The notes under the pieces are model-generated. The model did no database searches, was not told the DNA's origin, and saw only the letters and a program-made list of their open reading frames with translations. Both the position numbers and the translations under genes were made by a program. This document shows, piece by piece, positions 1 to 13,520 of a stretch of 64,000 nucleotides of DNA. This DNA is from Malacoraja senta (Eukaryota): positions 47,430,001-47,494,000 of the forward strand of contig CM075977.1 in NCBI GenBank assembly GCA_038087875.1. Reading direction: 5' to 3'. How positions within the stretch are numbered: position 1 is the stretch's first letter; the number at the start of each line of letters is the position of its first letter.

Positions 1-360
1 TTATCATAGGAAAGATTTCAACACTGGGCAGAATATCTACATATTTTGATGTCCCGTGCCTGCACTTAACGTCATCATTTCAAACTGGTACGTGGTTAGC
101 TGCAGAATGAACCTTCTTATATGCTGACCATGTCTTCTCTTTGTAACCCCAACATAATGCAGTTACAATCTATTCTTAATCTTTAAGCGTTTCTTTTCCC
201 AATTGACCAAATATGTAAATTTAATGCCAATAACTGTCAAATTATGACAGTTACACTCTATGGCTTTTCTCCAAATTAATTCATTATAATAAAAGAACAT
301 ATTTACATAAATAGTATAAGTGATTATATGTCTGTCTTCATCAACAACCATTGTAGAAAG

Positions 361-658
361 TAAGTTTAGTTTAGAGATACAGCGCGGAAACAGGCCCTTC
401 AGCCCACTGTGTCCACGCCGATCAGCGATCCCTGTGCACTAGCACGATCTTACACACCAAGGACAATTTACAATTTTTACCAAAGCCAAATAACCTACAA
501 ACCTGTACATCTTTGAAGTGTGGGAGAAAACTGGAGCACCTTGAGAAAACTCATGTAGTGACAGGGAAAACATACAAACGCCATACAGACAACACCCTTG
601 GTCAGGATCGAACCCGGGTCTCTGGCGCTGTTATGCAGCAACTCTACATTGCACCACC
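361..658 (-). mobile_element. tRNA-derived V-domain SINE (HE1-like)
   Basis: Minus strand reads a tRNA-like head (..gtagagttgctgc..gacccgggttcgatcctgac), a V-domain-like core (tgctccagttttctcccacac), a CR1-like tail and (TAAAC)n. Confidence 0.85.
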
Positions 659-2597
659 AATTAAATTAATCCATAGAATTAAAAATCAATTTGAATGTTT
701 GAAAGAAAGACTTGCATTTGTGTAGAATTTGTGTAAATTCTACACAATTTACAGCCACAGAACCAAGTTCTCTCCCCTCAATATTAATATTTGATTTTAC
801 TTTTGCATAAGATTTTCCCATTTCCAGTGATGCAATTTTATTGACTCATTTGTATACAAACTATCGGACAAAGTCAACAAATTGCAAGGTGATGGAACTA
901 TGATTTCCATGTAAACTTTACCAAGTTCATCACTTTCCAACATCAGTATTATTTAAGGCCATTTGTGAAGACAAACAAGTATCTATGACATATAAATGTA
1001 ACAAGTATATTGTACTTATTAGTTCTATTCCATCTAATAGAAGCAAAGTCGACAACTGTCCATTCATACATAACACATTTATTCTTTTCATTGACAAAAT
1101 TTTATTAGTGCCCAAAGATCCCTCAGACTTTCCTCCTCATAACAATTGATAAACATTTACAAGCTTACATCGATATTCTTCATTTGGTTCCACGCCTCTT
1201 TGCTATCGTTTGCTTCCTATTATATTGATTGAAAAGCTCTGGACACCAAATTAGTAGTGACATTAGAATTCTGGATGGGAAGATGAAAGAGAGAATTCTT
1301 GGTGGAATAAAACATTTTGGGATGCACATGCCAGTTAATTTTCATTTTAGTGAAATACTGTCAAAGATTACCTTGAAAAAAAGCAAATATAGTATTTTCT
1401 TTTTTGAACATTATTACCACCACCCAGGTGCCCCTTGTTGGATATCATTAAGGACATCATAAAGGAGAAGGGGAGGAATGGAGGAACTAGAATCACTATG
1501 CGCCAGAAATTGAAATAGTAAGTACAAGCGAGTCAAAGTTATCTTGCAAAGTTACACCACCCTCTAGAAAGCACAGATGTGATGAATATTTTGGGATATT
1601 CTCTGCTCTGCTGGATTCATAATCATCACAGGAATATTAAAGTTCCACATAATCCCTCTGACTGCTGTTAGAAAACACATTTTCAATTTCCATCATTGAC
1701 AAGACATAGAACAAAGATGTTTTTATATTAAAATCTATTGATCGATCTGAGCAATGGATTTCACTGCACTATCAGGCTAATTTGCAAAATGAAGAACAAA
1801 TATAATTCATTTTATGACACAGTCTGGTCTTTCCAGACATTCTTTGGGCATTTTCAGTTTAAATCTTGTCACAGAGAGACTGACAAAAGTGTAAATCAGG
1901 AGGCAAAACCAAAAATGATTCCTTGACTTAAGAATCACTAAATATCCTCTTCCAGGATATTTTATTTGGTTTCATACTTTTATCAAGCCCTTATGACAGT
2001 GCAGAATCAAAACATTCTTCATACTGGATCTCTACTAAATTCATGTTTTCCATGAATTGGGCCATTCACAAAATGATAAAGATATCAACAATGTGTGAAA
2101 ATCTCACTGCATTTTGTGTCGTTGACGTGTTAGCAGCTTTGAAACATCTTTGTGATTACTTCTCTCATTATTTATGAGGTCTTATTTTTGTTGGAGATAC
2201 CATTAATCTTCTTGCAGCAACAGCAGTAAAACAGAAAGCTCTGAGCATACACCATTAAATTCTAATTCACAAGAAATTTGCATTTTCATATGTGATTTAC
2301 TTTTTCATTCATCTCTATCTTCCTGTCCCTTAGGACTGAAAGTAGGTCTGTGATAATGGACACAGATGTATGTAAAGTTGCAGGGGAAAATCCCCAACCA
2401 AACATCCTCTTGCTGCAAGGGCAAAATGTTGATAATCCACATCAACATAAGCCCTTTTATCCACAAGGTTTCCAAAAGCATCTTGAGCAGTGCATGCAAA
2501 CATTACTTAACTCTTTTTTTGCCCTTTTTGTTTAACCACAAATAAATCTTCTGAAATGGGAGTAGTACTGGCTAGACCATGATATATTATCCATTCC

Positions 2598-4140
2598 CGA
2601 TGTATTAAGCTGGAAAAGGTGCAGAAAAGATTTATGAGGATGTTGCCAGGACTTGAGTACCTAAGCTACAAGAAGTGTTTGACCAGGCTAGGACTTTATC
2701 CCTTTGAGCATAGGAGGTTGATGGGTGATCTTATAGAGGTGTACAAAATCATGGGAGGAATAGATAGGGTAAATGCACAGAATCATTTACTCAGAGTAGG
2801 GGAATCGATAACCAGAGGATAAGGTTTAAGGTAGGTATGTTACAATACGTACCTTCAGCAGCGCTGTAATTCTGCCACTGGCCGTGTGCGCAATTTTGGC
2901 CCCTTTAAGGGGGGGGGCGGGGTTAAAACGTGGGTTTCTCCTACCTTGTCCTGGTTAATATTTCGTTGCAGTGCAAGCGTTTGCTGAAAAATCGTTCCGA
3001 CGGGCGTTTTGTGTATTTTTTATTTTTATTCGATCGACAATGTCAGCGCTGGAGTCATTTTAAAATCAGCTTCTGAAGCCGTCAACGCCGACAACGGGGA
3101 CGGATTTCACACACGGGACAGGTAAACGAAAGTAGGTTATTTTAATGTATAAAAATGCTTTTTAAGAAGCCTTTAATTCACATTTTTTAAATGCGAAACG
3201 GTAATTCTTTTCCCCGAACTAACGGCAGAATTTTTTCATGCTGATACGGGGTTAAAATCACCCCAAATCAACGTTACAATTGATCGCGTTCCAGAAAACC
3301 CCATTCGCAAGATTATTTAAATGGCCATTCATTTACAGGTATTAAACATTAAATTCCTTCCATTTGGCCTATAAATCCATGACAATGAGATTTAAAAATT
3401 ATCTTATATTGTGAATTCTTGTGTGAATGTTATTTGGACACTTAGGCTATTTAAACATGTTAATCTATTCTTAAGAAATTGATAGATGTTTAGATCTAGT
3501 AATTGAATTTTGTAATTAGCTACAATTAGGTAACTAACTAATTATATGCTTTAATTTCATGTCATCTAAGTAAGATTGTTTCATATTTGTTTCAGAATGC
3601 TTCAATCAATAATAACTGAAAATTTATTTCAGTTCTCTTAATTTTTAAGAAAGTTATGGGCTTTTGACTGTCCTCGATCACAGCTTTTGTGTTAAGTCAA
3701 TGGAAAAGCAACAGGGAACAAGATGCTAATTTCCGAGTATGAAAATGGCCATAACTGTTTTAATACTGAAGATATGAAAGTGAATTAGGTGTCAAATTAA
3801 ACTTATTTTTATGCTTTATCTGATGGGATAAATTACAGACTTTATTTTTAAAATCTCAAAATTTTGTAACATTGCTATTTAAGGTGAGGGGGGGGGAGAT
3901 TTAATAGGAACCTGAGGGGGCAATTTTCTTTTACACAAAGGGTGGAATGAACTGCCAGAGGAGATTGTTGAGGCAGGGACTATCACAATGTTTAGAAACA
4001 TTTAGGCACGTACATGGAGAGGATAGGTTTAGAGGGATACGGGCCAAATGCAGGCGGGACTGGTGTAAATGGGGCAAGTTGGTTGGCATGGGCAAGTCAG
4101 GCTGAAGGGCCTGTTTCCACACTGTATATGACTCTATATC
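2598..4140 (+). mobile_element. CR1/HER1-type LINE 3' fragment, split by a DNA transposon at 2832-3877
   Basis: ORF2 C-terminus QKRFMRMLPGL...RRLMGDLIEVYKIM (2619-2822); the 3' end resumes at 3878 and ends ..gggcctgtttccacactgtatatgactctat. Confidence 0.85.
2832..3877. mobile_element. Non-autonomous TIR DNA transposon (about 1.05 kb), superfamily uncertain
   Basis: Imperfect TIRs TAGGTATGTTACAA / TTGTAACATTGCTA; flanking duplication TTTAAGG(T) at 2825 and 3878; interrupts a CR1; no ORF. Confidence 0.8.
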
Positions 4141-4248
4141 TCTTATCTAAGCAGCCTTTCAGAGAGCAGTTACAAATCAACCATACCAACAATGGTCAGT
4201 ATATCTCCTTCCCTAAAAGATCAATATTGCTTTTTTATATACATTTAC

Positions 4249-4338
4249 AAGAAGGGTTTCGGCCCGAAACGTTGCCTATTTCCTTTGCTCCATAGATGCT
4301 GCTGCACCCGCTGAGTTTCTCCAGCACTTTTGTCTACC
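4249..4338 (+). mobile_element. Penelope-like element terminal fragment with 5'-truncated hammerhead motif
   Basis: aagaagggtttcggcccgaaacgttgcct...ccagcacttttgtctacc, nearly identical to 46271-46370 but lacking the CTG of the core. Confidence 0.8.
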
Positions 4339-5793
4339 ATCTTTACAATCCAATAATTTGATGGTCACCTAAATTTTCAACAAACTTCTCAATGCTGGGC
4401 TTATTTGACTCCTTGAATTTAATTCTCAAGCTTCTGAGGTGGGATTAACGTTTTCTGCAGGACCATCCGGCATGTCCTTCTTGTCTCTTCCTTCCTGTAA
4501 ATGGACTACTTCCCTATAGCACAATGCAACCAAAAGATACTTTTTACAGCTGCTATCTAGTACACTATACTACTAGAAATTGCAAGCTGCTTTTGTGATG
4601 TTCCTCAAGGGATAATTATTGGCCAGGGCAGCAAAGATATCTCCTCTTCTCCTCGAAAATAATGTCACCCCGAAACAAGAACAACTCACTGACAATGAAG
4701 TTTTTTTTTACTACAAACAGATTCAGTAACTAAGGCAGGATGCTACATAAATATGTCCAAGGATTAACAGCTCACATCAATCTTTTTTTTTACACAGAGA
4801 GGAGTTTGACTGTAATACACACTGGGACAAGGAAGAGCTGAAATTATGATGAGCCATTCAACATTATAATTGCCAAAGGTGACAAGTTTGGGTCTAAAGC
4901 GTGAAGCAGCTAATAGGAACAAGAGTCTACAATTAATTAAAAATATATATCTTATGAATGTATTGACAGCATAGACATTGCTTTGCTAAATGATTACCAA
5001 TTGTTACCTCTGTTTCTCTTTCCACAGGTTGTATCTGACCAACAGTTCCTGTTTTTATTTCTGATTTCAGCAGCTGCAGATTTTTTTTTCAAAAGCACTG
5101 CAATAATCCAATAACTTGTATTTGCTGTTTGGTTTCCATATTGTTTAACAATTTTCTCCCATCTCCCCAATTCTTAATTTATTCTGGCTCATTCCAACAT
5201 ATGTCAATGAGGTATAAAAGAACATAAAGAAAGATCAGTAGATGCTGGCAACCTGAAATAAAAGCAGAAAATACTGGAAAATGTCAGGCAGCATGAGTGT
5301 AGAGAAGTAACAGTTCACATCAGACCTCAATCCTAGTCAGACCTCTGCACACCATTCTGAACACTTAAAGCTTACTTCATATTCTGTCCCTTTCTCACAA
5401 ACCCAAACACTCTGGAGCAACCAAAGCAGTGCCCATTATTTTCAGGCTGAATCTTTTCTTCATGGATAACATGGGTGTGCAAAACAGATGCCTCCCTGTG
5501 GACTATGGACTTCCATGGAGACCAAAAAACAAGAATAATACAGCATACAGAACCCAACATCTGATCTACTCGGGCTTCACAGTCCTATCTCCCATTATCA
5601 GGCTAACAATGTACATGTGGACTATATTTCCACACTTGCATCTGTGACTATATAAAATAATCAAATCCAAGTAGATACCAGTGCTTATATTGCATTCACA
5701 ACTAAACTCCTGGTAACCTCTCTCTCAGATTCCTATGAGATTTATTATGCACAGAGGCTGTTCTGATAAGCCACACAATAACATGCTGAAAGA

Positions 5794-6563
5794 CGTCTGT
5801 CTTTCCTTTTTTTGTTTTCTTTTTGTCTTGTTAGATGTATGTTTTAGTCTATTTTTAGTTGTGCATATGTGGGGGGGTGGGGGAAACTTTTTTTTAATCT
5901 CTTCCTTCAACGGGGATGCGACCTTTCCTTGTCGTATCTCAGTCTGCGCTGAGGCCTAATATCGTGGAGCTGGCGGCCTCCAACTGGAATAGACCTTGGG
6001 TGCTCTGGTGGCAGAGCCTGTGGACTCACCATCACGGAGCTGGCTGACTTCGGAGGCTGTGGTGCTTGAGCTGTGGCTGTGGCTGTGACCCGCCTTCGGA
6101 GCTTCAGAGGCTTTGGCCGCTGGCCCGGTGGACGATAACATCGGGAGCTCGCAGGTCCCTGGTCGGTGACCGATTTTCGGGAGCTCTCGCGGCCACAGCT
6201 TCGTCCGCCCCGAGTCGTGAAGTTTGAATCGGCACGTTTGCGGAGCTTAAAATCGACCCGTTTGCGGAGCTTAAAATCGACCCGTTCGCGGAGCTTAAAA
6301 TCGACCCGTTCGCGGAGCTTCAACATCGAGAGTCTCGATCGCCTTGACGCAGCTGGAGAACAAGCAAGGAAGAGATAAGACTTTTTTCCTTCCATCACAG
6401 TGAGGAGGTGCCTGGAGATTCACTGTGATGGATGTTTGTGTTAAATTGTGTTCATTGTGTGTTTTGTTGCTTTTCTTCTGTCATGACTGCATGGTACGAA
6501 ATTTCATTCAAACTTGTTTGAATGACAATAAAGGAAATTCAATTCAATTCAATTCAATTCAAT
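5794..6563 (+). mobile_element. Modular non-autonomous retroposon (copy 1) with 24-bp VNTR and (AATTC)n tail
   Basis: Shares 5' block, hairpin block and GACAATAAA-type 3' end with 8717-9374, 14220-14503 and 60215-60915; 24-bp tandem at about 6235-6320. Confidence 0.7.
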
Positions 6564-6802
6564 TAGAGGGGTCACCAGCACTCTCTACTGCACAAAGTCA
6601 AATATCACTTTCTTCACCATCAACCCACAGAAGAGCACAGAACAACCATAGACATTCACTGCCATTGCAGGCTCTCTGAAAGAACAGCCACTCACAGACT
6701 GCAATGTTATGGCAATTGTAGTTCCCATTCTCAACACTCAAATATACAGCTATAGGGAGGGAGTCAATTTACAGGAAGGAAGAGACAAGAGACATCCTGC
6801 AG

Positions 6803-7136
6803 CTTAGTTTAGTTTAGTTTTGAAATACAGTACGGAAACAGGCCCTTCGGGCCACCAGGTGCACGCCGACCAGCGATCCCCGCACATTTACTATGTTACA
6901 CCCACTTGGGACAATTTTTACATTTACCAAGCCAATTAACCAACAACCTGTAAATCTTTGTTGTGTGGGGGGGAAACCGAAGATCTTGGAGAAAACCCAC
7001 ACAAGTCACGGGAGAACGTACAAACTTCATCAGACAGCACCATAGTCGGGATCGAAGCGGGTCCTCCGGCACTACATTCACTGTAAGGTAGCAACTGTAA
7101 GATAGCAACTCTACCGCTGCGCCACCGTGACCACCC
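6803..7136 (-). mobile_element. HE1-like V-SINE
   Basis: Head gggtggtcacggtggcgcagcggtagagttgc on the minus strand, V-domain, (TAAAC)n tail at 6803-6820. Confidence 0.85.
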
Positions 7137-7353
7137 TATCAATACTCATCATTAAGTAGACTTGATAATTGCAATGTAAATATTTGCTGTGAACGTCAGC
7201 CGAGTGCATCTTTTGGCAAACATTGATGCCAGGATATGTTTGAGAATATAATTTGCTGCTTGTGTCCGAACCCCACCAAGCTCATACTGGAGGAGGAACT
7301 AGAAAGACCATTCCTGCCCAACACATTTACAAAAGGAATATTTTTTAATGAAG

Positions 7354-7937
7354 ATAGACACCAAATGGTGGAATAACTCAGCGGGTGAGGCAGCATCTCT
7401 GGACAGAAGGAATGGGTGACATATCGGGTCGAGACTCTTCTTCAGACTGATGTCAGGGGAGGGGGCGGGACAAAGATGGAATGAAGGCAGAGACAGTAAG
7501 AATAGTGGAAGAACTGGGAAGGGGAAGGAGATGGAGAAAGAAAGCAAGGGCTATCTGAAGTTAGAGAAGTCAATGTCCATACTGCTGGAGAGTAAACTAC
7601 CCAAGCGAAATATGAGGTGCTGTTCCTCCAATTTGCGATGGGCCTCACTCAGACAATGGAGGAGGCCCAGGACAGAAAGATCAGATTAGGAATGGGAGGA
7701 GGAGTTGAAGTGCTGAGCCACCGGGAGATCAGGTAGGTTAAGACGGAGTGAGCGATGTTCAACGAAACGACCGCCGAGCCTGCGCTTGGTCTCGCCGATG
7801 TAGAGAAGTTGATACCTGGAACAGCAGATACAGTAGATGAGGTTGGAGGAGGTGCAAGTGAACCTCTGCCTCACCTGGAAAGACTGTTTGGGTCCTTGGA
7901 TGGCGTCGAGGGGGGAGGTAAAGGGACAGGTGTTGCC
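7354..7937 (-). mobile_element. Penelope-like element, GIY-YIG endonuclease C-terminus plus terminal repeat
   Basis: ORF 7686-7940(-): FTCTSSNLIYCICC..LLYIGETKRRL..RFVEH..PVAQHFN is a GIY-YIG; degenerate hammerhead motif at about 7417-7447. Confidence 0.9.
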
Positions 7938-8716
7938 CAAGGTGACCCATGACTACCTAAGATTCGGAGCGCTGACCATTTGTTTCATTCACAGATCGAT
8001 GATGCTGCTATAATAAGAGTTCTCAAAGTGTAGGAGAATCTGCTCCTCATGCAAGGCATATTGCAACCATCTTTTACCACTGCCTTATATTTGTCTGGGA
8101 ATGGGTAGGCAGATATCACTGTATTTTAAAATTTGTATTGGATAGTATACATGTATATTATAAAAATATTTGTATTAGGAAGTTTTTGAGTCAGTATAAG
8201 GCTGAGGGATATGGCAATGTCACTTGATATGATCTGCTGCAATGTGAAGGATTTATTTAACAATGGATACATTCCAAACCATAAACCTTTTCGGCTTCTG
8301 GGGTATTTGAATGATGAAACATACCTCGGTCATATGTGTGCTATAGGCCATTGATATTAACAGCCTATTGTCCTGATTTAATACCCACCTGATAGGTGAA
8401 GAGTCCAGTAATTGAGAATGTTGAAAGTGTATGCCCTTGGCTATTCTTCAGGTAAAGACATCTGTACCGATGAATCGAGTTGTGCTTGGATGCGAAGAAA
8501 TTATATCTGGCAAATCTCAGACAAGCTCCATTACCCCTGGTGCCTCGGTTCATTTCTGCCAGTGCACATCAGGGCCAGCACTAGAAAGAGCCAAATTATT
8601 GTACTGAGGTGGCCCTCATCACTCTGAAATACCATCTGCCTATTCTTGCAAAATTTTGGCTGTAATAAAAACATTTGCAAAAGGTGGTTGAGTGGGAAGC
8701 CCACTCTGGCCTTTTC

Positions 8717-9374
8717 AATGGTTCAACAGTCCTTTATTGTCACGTGCACCATTTAAGGCACAGTGAAATTTGATTTACCATACAGTCATACCAGAAAAAA
8801 GCAACAAGACACACAACTACAATAAAAGTTAACTATAAACATCCACCACAGCGGGATTCCCCACATTCCTCACTGGGATAGAAGGCAATAAAGTCTAATC
8901 ATCTTCCCTCTTTATTCTGCTGCCGTCGGGGCAGTTGAACCATCTGCTGGCAGGGCAATCTAAGCTCCCGCAGCCGGCGATCAAAGCCCCCAGGTCGGGG
9001 TGGTCAAGGTCCCGTAATCGGGGCGTTCCAAGCTCCTGAGGTCTGGAGCTCCCGAAGTCGGTCCCTAACCAGGGACCGCAAGCTCCACAATGTTAAAGTC
9101 CGCAGGCTCTCGCGGTTGGAGCTCCCAAAGTCAATCCCCAGCAAGTGGTCGCCAGCTCCTCGATGTGAGGCCACAGTTCGGACGGAGATACGATATTGAA
9201 AAAAAATTGCTTCCCGTCGAGGAAAGAGATTTTAAAAACTTTTTTCCCAACCCCCCCCCACATAATAAAAAGCAAAAGAACACTAAAACATACATTTAAC
9301 ACATATCATAAAACAACAAAGGAAAAAAAAGGACGAAACAGACTCTTGGCGAGGCAGCATTATGGCGCCACCCA
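8717..9374 (-). mobile_element. Modular non-autonomous retroposon (copy 2, apparently full length)
   Basis: 5' GGGTGGCGCCATAATGCTGCCTCGCC, 3' GTGACAATAAAGG tail; 8-bp TSD GCCTTTTC at 8709-8716 and 9375-9382. Confidence 0.75.
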
Positions 9375-9879
9375 GCCTTTTCTAAATGATTTTGTGGAAT
9401 AGTTATGGGATTGAATGCAGCAGCGTGGGTGTGGCATTAATGGAATGTAGGAAAAAAGTGGGCAAAGTGTAGTGGGAGTGAATGAGTCATGGTGGATATA
9501 TGCTTTGGAACTAGAATATGATTAGTACAGGGATTGGTGGGGCAGAAAGAGCTTGTGGAAACATAATTGGAGTACGTTGGATGTTCTGGCCATCAAGCCA
9601 ACTCCACGTGATCATGGCTGAATTCATTACCCTGTTTATGATTTCTCCCCATGTCCCTTAACCTTTATTCTCCTGTATTTAGTTATCTGACCTCAACTCC
9701 CTACTTTGGTGAAGATGTCCACAGATCACAGGTCCAGCATTCTCCTCATCTCATCCCTACAAGGCCTTCCCCACTTATGATGTAACATCTTTTCCACACC
9801 GACTCTGCCTGGTCCTTTGTCATTCTTCTAAATTCCAGCAAATGAACGTGTGAGAAGAAAGGTCCTGACTCAAAACACT

Positions 9880-10285
9880 GCCTATGCCTACCAAGATGCT
9901 CCATCTACACTAGTCCCACCTGCCTGCATTTGGTCTTTTCATATCCATGTGCCTGCCCAAATGTCTTTTAAACTTTGTTATAGTACCTGCCTCAATTACC
10001 TATTATGGTAGCTCATTCCACATACCCACCACCCTCTGTGTGAAAAAGTTGCCCCTCAGTTTCCTATTGAATCTTTCCCCTCTCACCTTAAACCCCCTAC
10101 ATCTACTGGTTCTCGATTCCCCTACCATGGGTAAAAGACTGTGCATCAACCCTAACTATTCCCCTCGTGATCTATTACCACCTCTATAAGATCACCCCTC
10201 ATCCTCTTGTGCTCCAAATAATAAATTCCTAGCCTGCCCAACCTCTCCCTATAGAAAGCACCTCAATTCCTGGCAACATTCTCAT
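9880..10285 (-). mobile_element. CR1/HER1-type LINE 3' fragment
   Basis: Reverse complement of the same ORF2 end and 3' UTR as 2598-4140 (..ataagatcacccctcatcctc..). Confidence 0.75.
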
Positions 10286-10907
10286 AAATCAATACTGTAA
10301 TTTTCCCTGCCAATGCGTGGAGAGTTCCTCTGGATGCTCATATTACTTTACACATAGCACATGTTTGGTAGGTTGACTAACCATTGCATATCGCCATAGT
10401 GTAGTTGGGGGATGAATTAACAGAAATGTGGAAAGAATGCATTACCAGAAAAATTTGTGGGGGCAATGAGATTGCTCTGTAAACTGTCATAGATTTGATT
10501 GGCTCTGTCACAAGGAAATGTACTGGCAGCAAAAAGCTGTTGCAAGATATTCAACCAGCGATTCCACATAATGCCTACAGTCTCTAAAGCAGCTTGACAT
10601 TACACAAAGGAGTTCAATAATGTTGTTATTTGAAAAATACAGGGCCGTAGAATCCTTAGTTTTTAAGAGCTTATTCCCAAACAATATTAAGGGCACACAC
10701 TACACAGTTTTAACAAATAAGATGTCGGACTGATGAATTTCTAACCCTGAATCTCAGCCTATGTAAGGAAGGAAAGCCCGTGTGTCTTTGCCCCTACTTC
10801 CATCCATTCTCCCCCCACCATTCAAACTAAGATTACAATTCATGAAAAGTGGAAGTCAGAAAGCAGGAAACAACGGGCCAATTAGTTCCGAATTTATCAC
10901 TGGAAAT

Positions 10908-11202
10908 ATTTAGCTTAGATTTTTAGTTTAGAGATACAGCATGCAAACAGGTCCTTCAGCCCACCAATTCTGTGCCAACCAGCGATCCCCATACACTAAA
11001 ACTATTCTACAATTTACAATTTTTTCCAAAGCCAATTATCCTATGTGTTTGGAGTGTGGGAAGAAACTCGAGCACCCAGGGAAAACCCACGCAGTCACAG
11101 TGAGAACATACAAACTCCGTACAGAGAGCACCCATGGTCAGGATTGAACTCAGGTCTCTGGTGCTGTAAGGTAGCAATTCTATCACTGCCACCATGCCAC
11201 CC
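10908..11202 (-). mobile_element. HE1-like V-SINE
   Basis: Same head, V-domain and tail layout as 361-658. Confidence 0.8.
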
Positions 11203-12863
11203 CTTATTCTGGAATCATTGGTAGTGAATGTAGTAGTTAAAGCAAAATGCACCATTTTCCCTTGCAATATATTTCAGTGCTATACTTATCAGTTTACTCA
11301 CCCATTGAAGTGCAGAAGGATTTTAAACTCAAAGCACCATTCAAGCTTTTCAAATACAGAGAGATTAAGATTAAATGAATTTCACTCTCTCTGTCACTGA
11401 CATTCCATCTATCATTCTGCTGGAAAACCAACTCTACCTGCAACCGACAGATTTGATGCCAGGCATCCAGGGATTTACCACCATCAAGTGCCCCGATTAA
11501 TATTCCCACTCGTCCAAATGCAATTTCCTTCTCCTCAACAATTGACTGCCTGCATTAAAATCCTTTGCTGAAAGGAATTTACTGAAGACCACCCGATGTT
11601 CTTAGATTGCTGCACAGCAGTGACATTTTATCAACAGCGCTGAAAAATAAAATATGGCAAAGCAGACTTAAATATAGGTTAATGCTGACCTGCGGGCAGT
11701 TTGCTCAAATATAGTCATAGAAAGCTATTTTAAAAAATGGACCCGTCAAAGCCAACAGTGCTATTTAAAGAAGGGAGGCATGCAATCAGAATTTTCCTCA
11801 CTTTATTATGATTTCATTATTTAGCAACAACTTCTATCATACATTTTGCAGCTCAATATTAGCAAGCATAAAATTATTATTTTACCCCAGCAAACATAAT
11901 GTTATGAGGCCACCTGTCCAGCAGAACAAGTGGGACTAGACAATTACAATTAGTCTGCAGACTTACCCATGAGTAACCCTACATTCAGTCCTTCATTGTC
12001 GCCTCTTACCTCGGTCTTCATGTCTTCAGTACATGGCCTGTCTCCAAATCAATATCACTCAAGTAAGAGTGCCTCCAAATCTCTTGATTTCATACTTATT
12101 TCTAAACAGTCTACTGAGTGTTACACAACCTATTCCATCTTATCCAGGACTCTTCAGCCTTTATTCCAAATCTATCTCATCTAGCCAGTCTTTGAAAACC
12201 TGCTCTAATTCCCTTCTTGATTCAAACTGCACTAAACATTTTCTTCAACTTTTCACCTCTCTACATTCCACAACATCTTGATTCCTATAAAATCAGGCCA
12301 TTGTCCAGTCTTTCAACAGCACACATCCTTATTTAGATGCCTATGCGTGGAGACACAGGAGATGGGTGTGGTATTAAATGAACATTTCACATCTGTATCG
12401 ACCTTGGAGAAAAACATGGATGCTCGGGAACTCAATGAAGTTAATAGTGTTATCTAGAAGACAGTCACATTACCGAAGATGAGATGCTGGAGGTCTTGAA
12501 AGGCATAAAGGTAGATACATCCCTGGGACCTGGTAAAATGAATCCAAGAGCATTGTGGGGAGCTCGGGAACAAATTCTGGGGCATCTGGCAGGAATATTT
12601 GTAACTGGTGGCCATAAGTGAGGTGTCAGAACATTAGAGGACAGCTAATACTGTGTCGCTCTCTCAGAAAAGTCGCAAGGACCGACAGACTGGTGAGCCT
12701 AACATCATTGGTGGGTACGTTATTGGAGGGCATTCTGAGAGATAGGATTTACAGGCATTTGGAAAGGCAAGGGTTGATTAGGAATAGTCGCCATGCTTTG
12801 TGCATGGGAAAATGTGCTCACAAATTTGATAGAGTTTTTTGAAGAAGTGACCAAGAAGATTGA

Positions 12864-13520
12864 TGAGATTTCTGGTGAATTTGTCCCTTCCCACCCAAAC
12901 CACCCCCTCCCCTGGTACTTTCCCTTGCAACTGCAGGAAATGCTTGTCGCTTCACCTCCTCCCCCTCTCCCCCTCGACTCCATCCAAGGACCTAAGCAGT
13001 CTTTCCAGGTGAGACAGAGGTTCACCTGCACCTCCTCCAATCTCATCTATTGCATCCACTGCTCTACATCGGTGAGACCCAACACAGGCTTGCCGATCGC
13101 TTCGCCCAACACCTCCGCACAGTTCGCATTAACAAACCCGATCTCCCGATGGCTCAGCACTTCAACTCCCCCTCCCATTCCGAATCCGACCTTTCTGTCC
13201 TGGGCCTCCTCCATGGCCAGAGTGAGTCCCACCGCAAATTGGAGGATCAGCGCTTCATATTTTGCTTGGGTACTTTACACCCCAGCGGTATGAACATTGA
13301 CTTCTATAATTTCAGGTAGTCCTTGCTTTTTCCCTCCTGTCCCGCCCCTTCCCAGCTCTCCCACAGCCCACTGTCTTTGCCTCTTCCTTTCTTCTTCCCG
13401 CCCCCCTCCCCCCAACTGTACATCAGTCTGAAGAAGGGTCTCAACCCGAAAAGTCACCTATTCCATCACTCCATAGATGCTGCCTCACCCGCTGAGTTTC
13501 TCCAGCATTTTTGTTTACCT
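12864..13520 (+). mobile_element. Penelope-like element (GIY-YIG plus terminal repeat) inserted into CR1
   Basis: NLIYCIHC / YIGETQHRLADRFAQH; hammerhead-like ctgaagaagggtctcaacccgaaa at about 13428; TSD AAGAAGATTGA at 12853-12863 and 13521-13531. Confidence 0.9.

Noticed and set aside
5907-6398. 163-aa ORF with KLRERVDF repeats
   Set aside because: Translation of the 24-bp VNTR in a repeat element; not preserved in sibling copies.
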